Origin: Alphaproteobacteria bacterium
GTDB taxonomy: Bacteria > Pseudomonadota > Alphaproteobacteria > UBA2966
NCBI GenBank assembly: GCA_030740435.1
Contig: JASLXG010000039.1
Location: 595-64,594 of the forward strand
Length of the DNA: 64,000 nt
Direction: 5' to 3'
This document shows positions 1 to 10,536 of this stretch, piece after piece. Positions within the stretch are counted from its first letter, which is position 1; each line of letters starts with the position of its first letter. Made by a program: the position numbers and the translations under genes. The notes under the pieces were generated by a model that did no database searches, was not told the DNA's origin, and saw nothing but the letters and a program-made list of their open reading frames with translations.

Positions 1-306
1 GGCGAGGTCTACGGCCAGGCCTTCGATGCCCAACTTATGCCGCTTTGCCAGCCTTTCGCGAGGTCCCCCGCGGCCGCGGCCGAGGTCCTGCCCGAAGGCC
101 CGGTACTGGTGCTGGGCTCGGGCGCGGCGCTGATCCGTGAGTGCCTGGCGGAGCTGCCGCCAGGCCTGCGTTTCAGTCCCGGCAACGAGCAGCCCGACGC
201 CGCCGTCATGGCCGCCCGGGCCGCCGCCCTGGCGGCTGCCGGAGAGCTCCCCCAGCGGCCGCCGGCGCCGCTCTACCTGCGCCGACCCGACGCCCGCCTG
301 CCGTGA
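1..306 (+). CDS. tsaB: tRNA threonylcarbamoyladenosine biosynthesis protein TsaB, C-terminal part (5' end outside window)
   Basis: Frame open from base 1 (GEVYGQAF...VLGSGA...PAPLYLRRPDA); PxPLYLR tail typical of TsaB; stop overlaps rimI start (GTGA). Confidence 0.85.
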   Translation, partial: GEVYGQAFDAQLMPLCQPFARSPAAAAEVLPEGPVLVLGSGAALIRECLAELPPGLRFSPGNEQPDAAVMAARAAALAAAGELPQRPPAPLYLRRPDARLP

Positions 307-650
307 AGGCGAGTCTCGCTAGTGCCGCCCACCTGGGCCTGCTGGCGGCGCTGCACGGCGTCTATTTCGATGAGTCCTGGGACCAAGATGCCATCGCCGG
401 CCTGCTGGCCACGCCTGGCGCTTTTGCCCTGATCATGACCGACGGCGCCGACGAAGAGGCCTTTGCCGGCCAGGCCCAGGACCTTGGTGCCGGCGAGCTG
501 TTTCTCGAAGTGGCGGAAGACAATGGCGCCGCCCTCGCCCTCTATGCTGGCGCTGGATTCGTTCAGGTGGGGCGGCGGCAAGGCTATTACCAAGGTGCCG
601 GCGGGGCCCGGGCGGCCTTGGTCTTGCGCTCTAACCCTCGGCCTTCCTGA
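303..650 (+). pseudogene. rimI: RimI-like GNAT acetyltransferase with apparent internal in-frame deletion (115 aa)
   Basis: N-term LAALH..F.ESW and C-term LFLEVAEDNGAALALY..AGF.QVGRRQGYY are RimI-like; the central acetyl-CoA motif A (RxxGxG) is absent; follows tsaB. Confidence 0.65.
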
Positions 651-867
651 GGCGCAGGATGTGGACGGCGGCGTCTTCCGAGGCTTCCAGACTGAGCACG
701 GTGTGGCCTTCCTCGGCTACCGAGCGCGGCACGTTCTTGAGCGGCTCGCCTTGGGGCAGCCGCACCTCGGCGATTTCGCCCGGTCGCATGCGCTCGATCA
801 GCAACTTGGTCTTGACGAATGTAATGGGACAAACGTCGGCGGTAATGTCGAGATAGTGATCGGCCAT
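631..867 (-). CDS. TusA/SirA-family sulfur carrier protein
   Basis: LDITADVCPITFVKTKL...GEPLKNVPRS, 78 aa; ATG at 867. Confidence 0.85.
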   Translation of the reverse strand: MADHYLDITADVCPITFVKTKLLIERMRPGEIAEVRLPQGEPLKNVPRSVAEEGHTVLSLEASEDAAVHILRLRKAEG

Positions 868-897
868 TATGTCACTCGTTGCCGCTGCTACTGTCAT

Positions 898-939
898 CGC
901 CAATAGTCCCCCGCCAATAATTCACCGCCAATAGTCCTC
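898..939. repeat. 3 x 14-bp imperfect tandem repeat (CGCCAATA core)
   Basis: CGCCAATAGTCCCC / CGCCAATAATTCAC / CGCCAATAGTCCTC at 898, 912, 926. Confidence 0.85.
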
Positions 940-1028
940 AAGGAGTCCGCAACGGGCTATTTTATGTTGATCCTCGAAGACGCAACCAATATACACAACA
1001 TATCAATTGTCGCGAGGTTGTGATTTCT

Positions 1029-1442
1029 ATGTCCCAGGAAACAGATACCGCTGAACTGCTTGCGCTAACGACCGATATCGTGGCCTCCCACGTTGCCAAC
1101 AACTCGGTCAACGTGGCCGACCTGCCCGGGCTCATTCAGCAGGTCTTCGGGGCGCTTTCGGAGCTCGGCAATCCCTCCCAGGCGCCGGCCGCCAAGCCCA
1201 AACCAGCCGTCAACATCAAGCGCTCGGTGATGCCCGATTACATCGTCTGCCTGGAGGACGGAGTCAAGTTGAAGATGCTCAAGCGCCATCTCCAGACGCG
1301 CTACGGCATGACACCCGACGAATACCGCGAACGTTGGGCACTGGCGGCCGACTATCCCATGGTGGCGCCCAACTATGCCGCCCAGCGCAGTGCCCTGGCC
1401 AAGAAGATCGGCCTCGGCACCAAACGGCGCAAGAAAAGCTAG
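1029..1442 (+). CDS. mucR: MucR/Ros family transcriptional regulator
   Basis: IVCLEDGVKLKMLKRHL...YGMTPDEYRERW.L..DYPMVAPNYA..RS.LAKKIGLG. Confidence 0.95.
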   Translation: MSQETDTAELLALTTDIVASHVANNSVNVADLPGLIQQVFGALSELGNPSQAPAAKPKPAVNIKRSVMPDYIVCLEDGVKLKMLKRHLQTRYGMTPDEYRERWALAADYPMVAPNYAAQRSALAKKIGLGTKRRKKS

Positions 1443-1496
1443 GGGTAGCAGAGCCTCCAGCGTCGGAATCCACCTTACCGGGCGGCGAGCTGAACC

Positions 1497-1973
1497 ATGG
1501 TGACGAAAGAGACCACACCCTCCAGACTGGAGCGCCTATGCGTCGCCAAAGGCCTGAAAATGACCGGGCAGCGGCGTCTGATAGCCCGGGTGCTGTCGGA
1601 TTCCTACGACCACCCCGACGTCGAGGAGCTCTACGGCCGGGCCAGCCGGATCGACCCCAAAATCAGCATCGCCACGGTCTACCGCACGGTGCGCCTCTTC
1701 GAGGAGGCCAACATCCTCGAGCGCCACGATTTCGGCGACGGCCGGGCGCGATATGAGCGCCTGCCGGACGAGCACCACGATCATCTCATCGACATACGTA
1801 GCGGTCGCGTGGTGGAGTTTCATGACCCCGATATCGAGGCCCTGCAGCAAGGCATCGCCCGACGTCTTGGGTTCCGGCTGATGGGCCACCGGATGGAGCT
1901 CTATGGCGTGCCCCTCGAAGACGAAGACGGCGGCGGCAACCACCAGCGGGACGACAATGGCGACAAGGATTGA
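1497..1973 (+). CDS. fur: Fur family metal-responsive regulator
   Basis: MTGQRRLI..DHPDVEELY..ISIATVYRTVRLFEEA..HHDHLID. Confidence 0.92.
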   Translation: MVTKETTPSRLERLCVAKGLKMTGQRRLIARVLSDSYDHPDVEELYGRASRIDPKISIATVYRTVRLFEEANILERHDFGDGRARYERLPDEHHDHLIDIRSGRVVEFHDPDIEALQQGIARRLGFRLMGHRMELYGVPLEDEDGGGNHQRDDNGDKD

Positions 1974-1995
1974 GAGCCCATCGGCTGCCTTCAAC

Positions 1996-2023
1996 TTGAC
2001 AGACATCCGGCAAGTGCTAGTGT
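1996..2023 (+). promoter_or_regulatory. Putative sigma70 promoter for miaB operon
   Basis: TTGACA-N16-TAGTGT upstream of miaB. Confidence 0.5.
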
Positions 2024-2099
2024 TTTCAAATAGATCCGAGCCTTGCGACGGCGGCGCGCCGGATGGCGGCCCGCGCCCAGGCAAGGGCTGAGAGCGCCT

Positions 2100-3464
2100 T
2101 TGGCCAAGAAGCTGTTCGTCAAAACCTACGGCTGTCAGATGAACGCCTACGATTCCGCGCGCATGGCGGATCTCATGGCGCCCCAGGGTTATACTCTGGC
2201 GGCCGCGGCCGAAGAGGCCGACATGGTCATCCTCAACACTTGCCACATCCGCGAGAAGGCGGCGGAAAAGGTTTATTCGGAACTGGGCCGGCTGCGTGCC
2301 CTCAAGCGAACCCGGCGGGCCCGGGGGGGCGATCTGGTCATTGCCGTGGCCGGTTGCGTGGCCCAGGCCGAGGGCGAGGAAGTGCGCCGGCGCGCCCCCT
2401 GGGTCGATCTGGTGGTCGGTCCGCAGGCCTTCCACCGCCTGCCCGAGTTGGTGGCCGGAGCGGCCAGCGGCGGCGCCAGCGCCATAGCCACCGACTTCCC
2501 GGGGGCTGCCAAGTTCGACCACCTGCCCGCGGAAGCCACGGGCCGCGGTCCCAGCGCCTTCCTCACGGTGCAAGAGGGCTGCGACAAGTTCTGCACTTTC
2601 TGCGTCGTGCCCTACACCCGAGGCGCCGAATATTCGCGCCCGGTGGCCGAGGTGACAACCGAGGCCGCGCGCCTGCTGGCCGGCGGCAGCCGCGAGATCA
2701 CGCTCTTGGGCCAGAACGTCAACGCCTACCACGGTAGCGGCCCGGCTGGGCGGCCCTGGGGTCTGGCCCGCCTGATCCGCGGGCTGGCCGACCTCGAGGG
2801 CCTGACGCGGCTGCGCTACACCACCTCGCACCCGCTCGACATGGACGCCGAGCTGATCGCCGCCCATGCCGAAGTGCCGGCTCTCGCGCCATACCTCCAT
2901 CTGCCGGTGCAGTCGGGCTCCGACGCCGTGCTGGCCGCCATGGGCCGCAAGCACCGGGCCGGAGACTACCTGCGCCTGGTCGAACGGCTGCGCGCGGCGC
3001 GTCCCGATCTGGCGCTTTCCGGCGACTTCATCGTCGGCTTTCCCGGCGAAAGTGACGCCGATTTCGCCGCCACCTTGGCCCTGGTCCGCGAAGTGGGCTA
3101 CGCCAGCGCCTATTCCTTCAAATACAGCGCTCGGCCGGGCACCCCGGCGGCAGAGCTGCCGGGACAGTTGCCCGAGGCCCTCAAGGCGGCCCGCCTGGCC
3201 GAGCTGCAAAGCCTGCTCGAGGCCCAGCAACTGGCCTTCAATCGTGCCTGCGAGGGGCGCCGGCTCGAGGTGCTGCTGGAGCGTCCGGGGCGCCAGCCCG
3301 GCCAGCTCGTGGGGCGCAGCCCCTATATGCAAGCCGTGCACTTGCAGGCGCCCCCCGAGCTGACGGGCCAAGTCGTCAATGTCACCATCGAGCGCGGCCT
3401 GGCCAACAGCCTGGCGGCCCGCCTGACTGAAGAGCCGGACGAGCTGGGGGCCGATGCGGCGTGA
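2100..3464 (+). CDS. miaB: tRNA-2-methylthio-N6-dimethylallyladenosine synthase
   Basis: [21 protein letters not shown], radical [13 protein letters not shown]-terminal TRAM; TTG start inferred. Confidence 0.96.
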   Translation: MAKKLFVKTYGCQMNAYDSARMADLMAPQGYTLAAAAEEADMVILNTCHIREKAAEKVYSELGRLRALKRTRRARGGDLVIAVAGCVAQAEGEEVRRRAPWVDLVVGPQAFHRLPELVAGAASGGASAIATDFPGAAKFDHLPAEATGRGPSAFLTVQEGCDKFCTFCVVPYTRGAEYSRPVAEVTTEAARLLAGGSREITLLGQNVNAYHGSGPAGRPWGLARLIRGLADLEGLTRLRYTTSHPLDMDAELIAAHAEVPALAPYLHLPVQSGSDAVLAAMGRKHRAGDYLRLVERLRAARPDLALSGDFIVGFPGESDADFAATLALVREVGYASAYSFKYSARPGTPAAELPGQLPEALKAARLAELQSLLEAQQLAFNRACEGRRLEVLLERPGRQPGQLVGRSPYMQAVHLQAPPELTGQVVNVTIERGLANSLAARLTEEPDELGADAA

Positions 3465-4515
3465 GGACCGAGCGACCTTGAAGAGCGATCGCGACAGGGA
3501 TACCGATGGCGGCCCGGCGCCGCTATTCATGGATTTCGACGACAACGGTCTGTTGACGCCGCTGTTTGGCGAGCACGACCGCAATCTGGCCCTCATCGAG
3601 AAGCGCCTCGAGGTTGCCATCACGCCACGCGGCAACCGGCTCTCGATCGAGGGCAGCGCCTGGTCTCAGCAGGTGGCCCAGACCGTGCTGGCGGATCTCT
3701 ATGCCCGCCTGCAGCGGGGCCTGGAGACCGGCAGCGGCGAGGTCGACGGCGCCATCCGTATGGCCGAGGCCACGGTGGGCCGCGGCGCCCAGAGCGCGGC
3801 CCTGGACGAGGACGTCGTCATCCGCACGCGCCGCCGGGTGATCACGCCGCGCTCGCCCTTGCAGGCCGACTATGTGCGCCGGCTGCGCTCGGGCGAGCTG
3901 GTGTTCGCCCTGGGGCCGGCCGGCACCGGCAAAACCTATCTGGCCGTGGCGGTCGGCGTATCATTGCTGCTCGACGGCCTGGTCGAGCGTGTCATCCTAT
4001 CGCGCCCGGCGGTCGAGGCGGGCGAGAACCTGGGCTTTTTGCCCGGCGACCTCAGGGACAAGGTTGATCCCTACCTCAGGCCGCTGTTTGACGCCCTCAA
4101 CGACATGCTGCCCACCGACCAGGTCATGAGGCGCATCGAAAACGGCGAGATCGAGGTGGCGCCGGTGGCTTTCATGCGCGGGCGCACGCTGACCCGGGCC
4201 TTCGTCATCGTCGACGAGGCACAGAACACGTCCATGGTGCAGATGAAGATGCTGTTGACCCGGATGGGCGAGGATTCGCGCATGGTGGTGACCGGCGATC
4301 TGTCGCAGATCGATCTGCCGCGGGGCACTCGTTCGGGACTGGCCGACGCCGCCGAACTGTTACGCGGCACAGAAGGCGTCAGTTTCGTGCGATTCACCTC
4401 CGATGACGTGGTCCGCCACCCCCTGGTGACACGCATCGTGCGGGCCTACGACGAACGCGACCGCCAGTTTGGCGAAAGCGCCTCGAGCGCTGACGATGGT
4501 GGCAACCATGATTGA
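3454..4515 (+). CDS. phoH: PhoH-like ATPase (YbeZ)
   Basis: [36 protein letters not shown]. Confidence 0.95.
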   Translation: MRREDRATLKSDRDRDTDGGPAPLFMDFDDNGLLTPLFGEHDRNLALIEKRLEVAITPRGNRLSIEGSAWSQQVAQTVLADLYARLQRGLETGSGEVDGAIRMAEATVGRGAQSAALDEDVVIRTRRRVITPRSPLQADYVRRLRSGELVFALGPAGTGKTYLAVAVGVSLLLDGLVERVILSRPAVEAGENLGFLPGDLRDKVDPYLRPLFDALNDMLPTDQVMRRIENGEIEVAPVAFMRGRTLTRAFVIVDEAQNTSMVQMKMLLTRMGEDSRMVVTGDLSQIDLPRGTRSGLADAAELLRGTEGVSFVRFTSDDVVRHPLVTRIVRAYDERDRQFGESASSADDGGNHD

Positions 4516-5044
4516 GCCGGCGCCTGCCGCTGGGCCGGACCGCATCGAGGTGGCGCTCGACGTCGCCGTGCCCTCCTGGCGGCACATAGGCGAGGGACCG
4601 GGGGCCCTAGAGACCCTGGTCGAGCGCGCCGTGCGGGCTGCCGTGGCGGCCACCGCCCGGCCCCCCGAGGCCGACCTCGAGATCTCCGTGCTGCTCAGCG
4701 ACGATGCCCAGGTGCGGGCGCTCAATGCCCGCCACCGGGGCCGCGACCGGGCCACCAACGTGCTCGCCTTTCCCGCCGATCTGGCCGCGGCCGAGGTCGC
4801 GACAGAATTGCCCGGGTTGCTCGGCGATGTAGTCCTGGCCTTTGAAACGGTGGCCGGCGAGGCCCGCGATCAGGGCAAGACAGTGGCCGATCACCTGACC
4901 CACCTGTTGGTTCACGGGGTGCTTCACCTCAGGGGCTTCGAGCATCAGGACGAGGCCGCCGCGGCGGCCATGGAGGACCTCGAACGCCGGCTCCTGGCAA
5001 CCCTTGGTATCAACGATCCCTACGCCGCCGATGACCGACTCTGA
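4508..5044 (+). CDS. ybeY: rRNA maturation RNase YbeY
   Basis: TNVLAFP, LGDVVL, HLLVHGVLHLRGFEH metal motif. Confidence 0.94.
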   Translation: MIEPAPAAGPDRIEVALDVAVPSWRHIGEGPGALETLVERAVRAAVAATARPPEADLEISVLLSDDAQVRALNARHRGRDRATNVLAFPADLAAAEVATELPGLLGDVVLAFETVAGEARDQGKTVADHLTHLLVHGVLHLRGFEHQDEAAAAAMEDLERRLLATLGINDPYAADDRL

Positions 5045-6023
5045 CTCCAACGACACGAACCCCAAGGCTCCCGGCGCGGCACCGGCGCCGATGCCGGAGC
5101 CGCTCGACGACGAAGCCACCCTGGGCGGCAGTCTGGTGAACTGGGTCAAAGGACTGGCCCGCAACCGCAACGGTGATGCCAGCCTGCGCGAGAGCCTCGA
5201 GGAACTGATCGGCGAGCACCACGAGGCGGAGCAGCCGATCAATCCCGAAGAGCGGCTGATGTTGATGAACATCCTCAAGCTCGGTGAGCTCAGGGTCGAC
5301 GACGTCATGGTGCCCAGGGCCGACATCGTGGCCGTCGAGGTCGGCACCTCGCTCAACGACATCGTCAAGCTGGTGGGCCAGGCCTTCCATTCCCGCATGC
5401 CGGTCTACCGCGGCAATCTCGACGATGTCCTGGGCATGGTCCACATCAAGGACCTGATGCGCTACTGGGATCGGCGGCCCTTCCACCTGCGCCGCGCCGT
5501 GCACGAGGTGTTGTTCGTGCCGCCCAGCATGCTGGTGCTGGATCTGATGCTCAAGATGCGGGCGGCGCGCATCCATATGGCGGTGGTGGTCGACGAGTAC
5601 GGCGGTACCGACGGCCTGGTGACCATCGAGGATCTGGTCGAGGAGATCGTCGGCGAGATCGAGGACGAGCACGACCAGGTCGAAGGGCCGCTGATCGTCG
5701 AGCGTCCCGACGGCAGCCTGGTGGCTGACGCCCGCGCCGCCATCGCCGAGCTCGAGAGCCGGGTGGGCTGCGACCTGTTGCCCGACGAGCGCGATGAAGA
5801 AGTCGACACGCTGGGCGGCCTGGTCTTTTCGTTGGTCGGTCGGGTGCCGCAGCGCGGCGAGGTGGTGGCCCATGCCGCCGGCCTCGAGTTCGTCGTGCTC
5901 GACGCCGACCCGCGCCGCATCAAACGCATCCGGGTGCGCGGCTTGCCGGCCAAGGCCGAAAATGCGCCGCCAGAAGGCACCGACCGCCCCGAGACCTCTG
6001 GGTCGTCCGGGGACCAGAACTGA
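5031..6023 (+). CDS. corC: CBS/CorC domain Mg/Co efflux-associated protein
   Basis: VMVPRADI, HSRMPVY, VVDEYGGTDGLVTIEDLVEEIVGEIEDEHD. Confidence 0.9.
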   Translation: MTDSDSNDTNPKAPGAAPAPMPEPLDDEATLGGSLVNWVKGLARNRNGDASLRESLEELIGEHHEAEQPINPEERLMLMNILKLGELRVDDVMVPRADIVAVEVGTSLNDIVKLVGQAFHSRMPVYRGNLDDVLGMVHIKDLMRYWDRRPFHLRRAVHEVLFVPPSMLVLDLMLKMRAARIHMAVVVDEYGGTDGLVTIEDLVEEIVGEIEDEHDQVEGPLIVERPDGSLVADARAAIAELESRVGCDLLPDERDEEVDTLGGLVFSLVGRVPQRGEVVAHAAGLEFVVLDADPRRIKRIRVRGLPAKAENAPPEGTDRPETSGSSGDQN

Positions 6024-6036
6024 GCGCCCGAGGACC

Positions 6037-7653
6037 ATGAGCGGGCTGGCCTCGCGGCTTGCGGCCCTGACCGGTTGGCGGCGCTACGGCGTAGCCCTGG
6101 CGGCCGGCGCCCTGGCCAGCACCGCGTTGCCGCCCGGCGCCCTCGCTAGCGTCGGCGTGCCGCACTTGTACCTGCTGCCGCTGCTGATCCCCGCTTTCGT
6201 TGCCCTGGTCTGGCTCAACGATGGCAGCCGGCGCCGCCGCGCCGCCTATTTCGTGGGCTTTTGCTTCGCCTTTGGCTTTTTCCTCTGCGGCCTCTATTGG
6301 ATCGGCTTTGCCCTGCTGGTCGATGCCGCGCGTCACGCCTGGTTGTTGCCGCTGGCGGTGCTCGGCCTGCCGCTGCTGTTGGCGCTGTTTCATGGCTTGG
6401 CCACCTTGGCGGTCTATCTGTTGGAGCTGCGCGGCGGCGCCCGGGTGCTGGCCCTGGCGCTGGCCTGGACAGCCGCCGAATGGCTGCGCGGGCATCTCTT
6501 TACCGGCTTTCCCTGGAACCTGATGGGCTACGTCTGGACGGCCTCCGACGAGATGCTGCAGTTTGCCGCGCTGTTTGGCATCTATGGGCTTAGTTTCGTC
6601 ACCATCGCCTGTGGCGGGGCGGCGGCGACGCTGGTGGCGCCGGCCGGCGCCAGGATCGGGCGCCGGGGCTGGGCCCTGCCGCTGGCCGCCGTGGCGCTGC
6701 TGCTGCTGATGTGGCTGGGCGGCGCGGCGCGGCTGCCGGGCCCGGGAGACAAATCGGCAAGCGTGCCCGAAGTGCGGCTGCGCCTGGTGCAGGCCAACCT
6801 GAGCCAGGCAGACAAATGGCGGGCCGATCTGCGCGAGGCCAACCTGGGCCGCCATCTGCAGCTCAGCTCGGGACCGGGTAGCGAGGCCGTCAGCCACATT
6901 ATTTGGCCGGAAACCGCGGTGCCCTATTTTCTCCAGCGCGACAAGGCGGCGGCAGCTTTGGTGGGGGGCCTGGTGGGCCCGTCGGGGCTGGTGCTGAGCG
7001 GCGGCTTGAGAGCGGCCCCGGATGCCGCCGGCGAGCGGCGAATCTGGAACAGCCTGCTGGCCCTGGATGCCAGCGGCAGCGTCGTCGCCACCTACGACAA
7101 GGCCCATCTGGTGCCCTTCGGCGAGTACCTGCCCTTGGCCCCGGTTCTGGCCCGCCTGGGCTTTAGCAAGCTGGCCCCTGGGGCGGCCGGATTCGCCGCC
7201 GGAACAGGCCGGCAGAGCCTCACCGTCGGGGGCCTGCCGCCGTTCAGTCCTTTGATCTGCTACGAGGTGATTTTTCCCTCTGAGGTGGTGAAATCAGGCG
7301 CTCGCCCGAGTTGGCTGCTCAATCTCACCAACGATGCCTGGTACGGCCGCAGCGCCGGTCCCTACCAGCATTTCGCCATGGCCCGGGTGCGTGCCGTCGA
7401 GGAAGGCCTGCCTCTGGTGCGGGTGGCCAATACCGGCATTTCCGGTGTCGTCGACGGCTATGGCCGGGTGCTGCGGCGTCTCGGCCTGGGCCAGGCGGGG
7501 GTCATCGACTCGCCCTTGCCCCAGGCACTGGCAGCGCCGCCCTACGCCCGCTTCGGGGATGTCGGGCTGGGGCTATTGCTGGCCCTGGTGATGCTTTGCC
7601 TGGGTTGGCTCGAAAGACGCCGCCGCCGGGCGGCGCCTAGAGACCAATCATAG
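6037..7653 (+). CDS. lnt: Apolipoprotein N-acyltransferase
   Basis: TM helices, GFPWN, WPETA, YDKAHLVPFGEY, ICYE, TNDAWYG, ANTGIS. Confidence 0.96.
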   Translation: MSGLASRLAALTGWRRYGVALAAGALASTALPPGALASVGVPHLYLLPLLIPAFVALVWLNDGSRRRRAAYFVGFCFAFGFFLCGLYWIGFALLVDAARHAWLLPLAVLGLPLLLALFHGLATLAVYLLELRGGARVLALALAWTAAEWLRGHLFTGFPWNLMGYVWTASDEMLQFAALFGIYGLSFVTIACGGAAATLVAPAGARIGRRGWALPLAAVALLLLMWLGGAARLPGPGDKSASVPEVRLRLVQANLSQADKWRADLREANLGRHLQLSSGPGSEAVSHIIWPETAVPYFLQRDKAAAALVGGLVGPSGLVLSGGLRAAPDAAGERRIWNSLLALDASGSVVATYDKAHLVPFGEYLPLAPVLARLGFSKLAPGAAGFAAGTGRQSLTVGGLPPFSPLICYEVIFPSEVVKSGARPSWLLNLTNDAWYGRSAGPYQHFAMARVRAVEEGLPLVRVANTGISGVVDGYGRVLRRLGLGQAGVIDSPLPQALAAPPYARFGDVGLGLLLALVMLCLGWLERRRRRAAPRDQS

Positions 7654-7746
7654 CTTGTTCGGGGCCGCCGCGCCCCACCCCGTCACGGCCGCGAAATAGT
7701 CCGGTTATGTGGACCCATGAGCCAAGGTTGGGCAGCAATATTCTTA

Positions 7747-7776
7747 TTGACCGCGCATACCTTGTTATCTTATAAA
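7747..7776 (+). promoter_or_regulatory. Putative sigma70 promoter for XRE regulator
   Basis: TTGACC-N18-TATAAA in an AT-rich patch. Confidence 0.4.
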
Positions 7777-7846
7777 TACTATGAGTAGTTGCGGGGGTTT
7801 TTTTCTCGGTGTCCCGGTCGGCCCCTTCGGGGCGGAGATCGAACAT

Positions 7847-8275
7847 TTGGCCAAGATTCCCAATCCCATTGACGTTCACGTCGGCGGCCGGGTGCGCCTG
7901 CGCCGGACGCTGCTGGGCATGAGCCAGGAAAAATTGGGCCAAGCCGTCAACCTCACCTTTCAGCAGATCCAGAAATACGAGCGTGGCGCCAACCGCATCG
8001 GCTCCAGCCGGCTCTACCAATTCGCCCAGGTGCTGGATGTGCCGGTGAGCTTCTTTTTCGATGATATGCCGGCCAACGTCACGGGGCGCGGGCCGGGCCT
8101 CAGCGAGGACAGCCCGGAAAAGTTCGAGCAGGAACAGTTCGTGCGCCGCGAAACCCTCGAGCTGGTGCGCGCCTACTACAAGATCAAGGACCCCATGGTG
8201 CGCAAGCGGGTGTTCGAGCTGACCAAGGCGATAGCCGGCATCGCCGGCGGCGGCAAGGCCGCGGCCGGCAAATAG
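7847..8275 (+). CDS. XRE-family helix-turn-helix regulator
   Basis: PNPIDVHVGGRVRLRR..GMSQEKLG..LTFQQIQKYERGANRI; usual lnt-HTH-metK position; TTG start inferred. Confidence 0.9.
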   Translation: MAKIPNPIDVHVGGRVRLRRTLLGMSQEKLGQAVNLTFQQIQKYERGANRIGSSRLYQFAQVLDVPVSFFFDDMPANVTGRGPGLSEDSPEKFEQEQFVRRETLELVRAYYKIKDPMVRKRVFELTKAIAGIAGGGKAAAGK

Positions 8276-8461
8276 CTGCCGGCGCGGCTCGCTGGGTACC
8301 TTTTTTCAGGCCCCAAAAGATGATGTTTCGGTGCTTGCCGCGGCGGCGCTCGAAGGCTTGGCGCCAGCCCGCTGCTCTGGCCCTTGACCTCGGCAGCAAA
8401 GCTTGCCACAAGAGCACGCCCGCTGGCAGCCGAAGGCGGGCCGGGGTAATTGGGCGGAGGA

Positions 8462-9637
8462 ATGGCCGTGGCCGACATCGATTATTTGTTCACCAGTGAA
8501 TCTGTTTCCGAAGGTCATCCCGACAAGGTATGCGACCGCATTTCCGACGCCGTGGTGGACGCCTTTCTCGAGGCCGACGCCCATAGCCGGGTGGCCGTCG
8601 AGACCCTGACCACGACCAACCGCATCGTGTTGGCCGGCGAGGTGCGGGGCCCCGACAGCATGACCGCCGAACGCATTGAGGCCACGGCCCGGGCCTGCGT
8701 GCGCGAGATCGGTTACGAGCAGGACGGCTTCCATTGGCAAAAGGCGGCCGTCGAGATCCACGTGCATTCCCAATCCGGCGACATCGCCCAGGGCGTCGAT
8801 GCCGGCGCCGACAAGGACGAAGGCGCGGGCGACCAGGGCATCATGTTCGGCTATGCCTGTCGCGAAACGGAGCCCCTGATGCCGGCCCCGATTTACTATT
8901 CCCACGCCATCCTGCGGGCGCTGGCCGAGGTTCGGCATTCCGGCGCCGAACCGGGACTGGGCCCCGATTCCAAAAGCCAGGTCACCCTGGGATATGTCGC
9001 TGGCCAACCCGTCTGCGCCACCTCGGTGGTGGTCTCGACCCAGCACAGCGCCGATCTCACACAGGACCAGGTGCGCGAAATCGTGCGGCCCCACGTGGTC
9101 AACGTTCTGCCCGAAGGCTGGATGTGCGCCGAAGAGGATTTCTACGTCAATCCTACCGGCCGTTTCGTCACCGGCGGCCCCGACGGCGATGCCGGCCTCA
9201 CGGGCCGCAAGATCATCGTCGACACCTATGGCGGCTCGGCACCCCATGGCGGTGGTGCCTTTTCGGGCAAGGACCCGACCAAGGTCGACCGCTCGGCCGC
9301 CTATGCGGCGCGCTACCTGGCCAAGAACGTGGTCGGTGCCGGTTTGGCCGAGCGCTGCACCATCCAACTGGCCTATGCCATCGGCGTCTCCAAGCCGTTG
9401 TCGGTTTACGTCGATCTACATGGCAGCGGCCAGGCTGACGAAAAGAGCCTGTCGGCGGCGCTGCAAGAGGTCATGGACCTGAGCCCCCGCGGCATCCGCG
9501 AGCACCTCAAGCTGAGCCGGCCGATCTACGCCCGCACCGCCGCCTACGGCCATTTCGGCCGGGCCCCCGATCCCGACGGTGGTTTCTCGTGGGAGCGCCT
9601 GGATCTGGTCGACGACCTCAAGTCGGCTTTGGGCTGA
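8462..9637 (+). CDS. metK: S-adenosylmethionine synthetase
   Basis: [35 protein letters not shown]. Confidence 0.98.
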   Translation: MAVADIDYLFTSESVSEGHPDKVCDRISDAVVDAFLEADAHSRVAVETLTTTNRIVLAGEVRGPDSMTAERIEATARACVREIGYEQDGFHWQKAAVEIHVHSQSGDIAQGVDAGADKDEGAGDQGIMFGYACRETEPLMPAPIYYSHAILRALAEVRHSGAEPGLGPDSKSQVTLGYVAGQPVCATSVVVSTQHSADLTQDQVREIVRPHVVNVLPEGWMCAEEDFYVNPTGRFVTGGPDGDAGLTGRKIIVDTYGGSAPHGGGAFSGKDPTKVDRSAAYAARYLAKNVVGAGLAERCTIQLAYAIGVSKPLSVYVDLHGSGQADEKSLSAALQEVMDLSPRGIREHLKLSRPIYARTAAYGHFGRAPDPDGGFSWERLDLVDDLKSALG

Positions 9638-9665
9638 GGCCGCCACAAGTATCCCGGGGGCGGTC

Positions 9666-10355
9666 ATGAGCGGATCGCCGCTCGACAACCGCACCTATGG
9701 CCGGCGCCGCGGACACCGCCTGAGGCCTGCCCGCCAGGCCCTGGTCGACAAACTGCTGCCGCGTTTGAGCGTTGGACTTCCGGCCACCGGAGTGCTCGAC
9801 GCCGAACGCCTCAAGGACGGCGCCCGCGAGCTCTGGCTGGAGATCGGCTTCGGCGCCGGCGAACACCTCGCCAGCTTGGCGGGGCGCCATCCCGAGGTTC
9901 GCTTCATCGGTTGTGAGCCCTTCCTCAACGGCGTTGCCAGCCTGCTCGCCCAGGTCAACGAACAGGGCCTCGAGAACATCCTTCTCGTCCATGGCGACGC
10001 CCGGCCGTTGCTGGCGGCGCTGCCCGAAGCCTGCCTGAGCCGCGTGATTTTCCTCTTTGCCGATCCCTGGCCCAAAAAGCGCCACCACAAGCGCCGCTTC
10101 GTCTGCCGCGAAAACCTCGACGCCATCGCCCGGGTGCTGGTGGCGGGCGGCGATTTCCGCTTCGCCAGCGACCATGGCGAGTACGTGCGCTGGACGCTGG
10201 CCCGGGTACTGCGCCACGGCGCCTTCGCCTGGCCGGCCCGGAGCGTCGCCGACTGGAACCGCCGCCCGGCCGATTGGCCCGCCACGCGCTACGAGGCCAA
10301 GGCCCTGGCGGCCGGACGCCAGCCGCTCTATTTCCGCTTCCTCAGACGCCAGTGA
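9666..10355 (+). CDS. trmB: tRNA (guanine-N7)-methyltransferase
   Basis: LEIGFGAGEH, DPWPKKRHHKRR, TRYEAKA. Confidence 0.96.
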   Translation: MSGSPLDNRTYGRRRGHRLRPARQALVDKLLPRLSVGLPATGVLDAERLKDGARELWLEIGFGAGEHLASLAGRHPEVRFIGCEPFLNGVASLLAQVNEQGLENILLVHGDARPLLAALPEACLSRVIFLFADPWPKKRHHKRRFVCRENLDAIARVLVAGGDFRFASDHGEYVRWTLARVLRHGAFAWPARSVADWNRRPADWPATRYEAKALAAGRQPLYFRFLRRQ

Positions 10356-10444
10356 GTGCAAGTTTCTTCTTGAAGCGCCGCTGCTTTCGACTAATATCCC
10401 GAGCGGTAACGGTTTTGGCCTAACATAATAAGCACTGACGCCGG

Positions 10445-10468
10445 GTGGGCCAGAGGCCCACTTTTTTT
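10445..10468 (+). terminator. rimP-leader attenuator/terminator hairpin
   Basis: GTGGGCC-AGA-GGCCCAC followed by T7, about 70 bp before rimP; GGGC...GCCC stem characteristic of the rimP leader. Confidence 0.75.
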
Positions 10469-10536
10469 GTGTCGCCCCGGTGGCGCTGGGCGCGGTGCGG
10501 TGGTCTGGCATCTTTACCGCTTCGACCGAGGACGCG

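Noticed and set aside
8276-8461. Possible SAM-II or SAM/SAH riboswitch upstream of metK
   Set aside because: I could not find the conserved motifs of either class.
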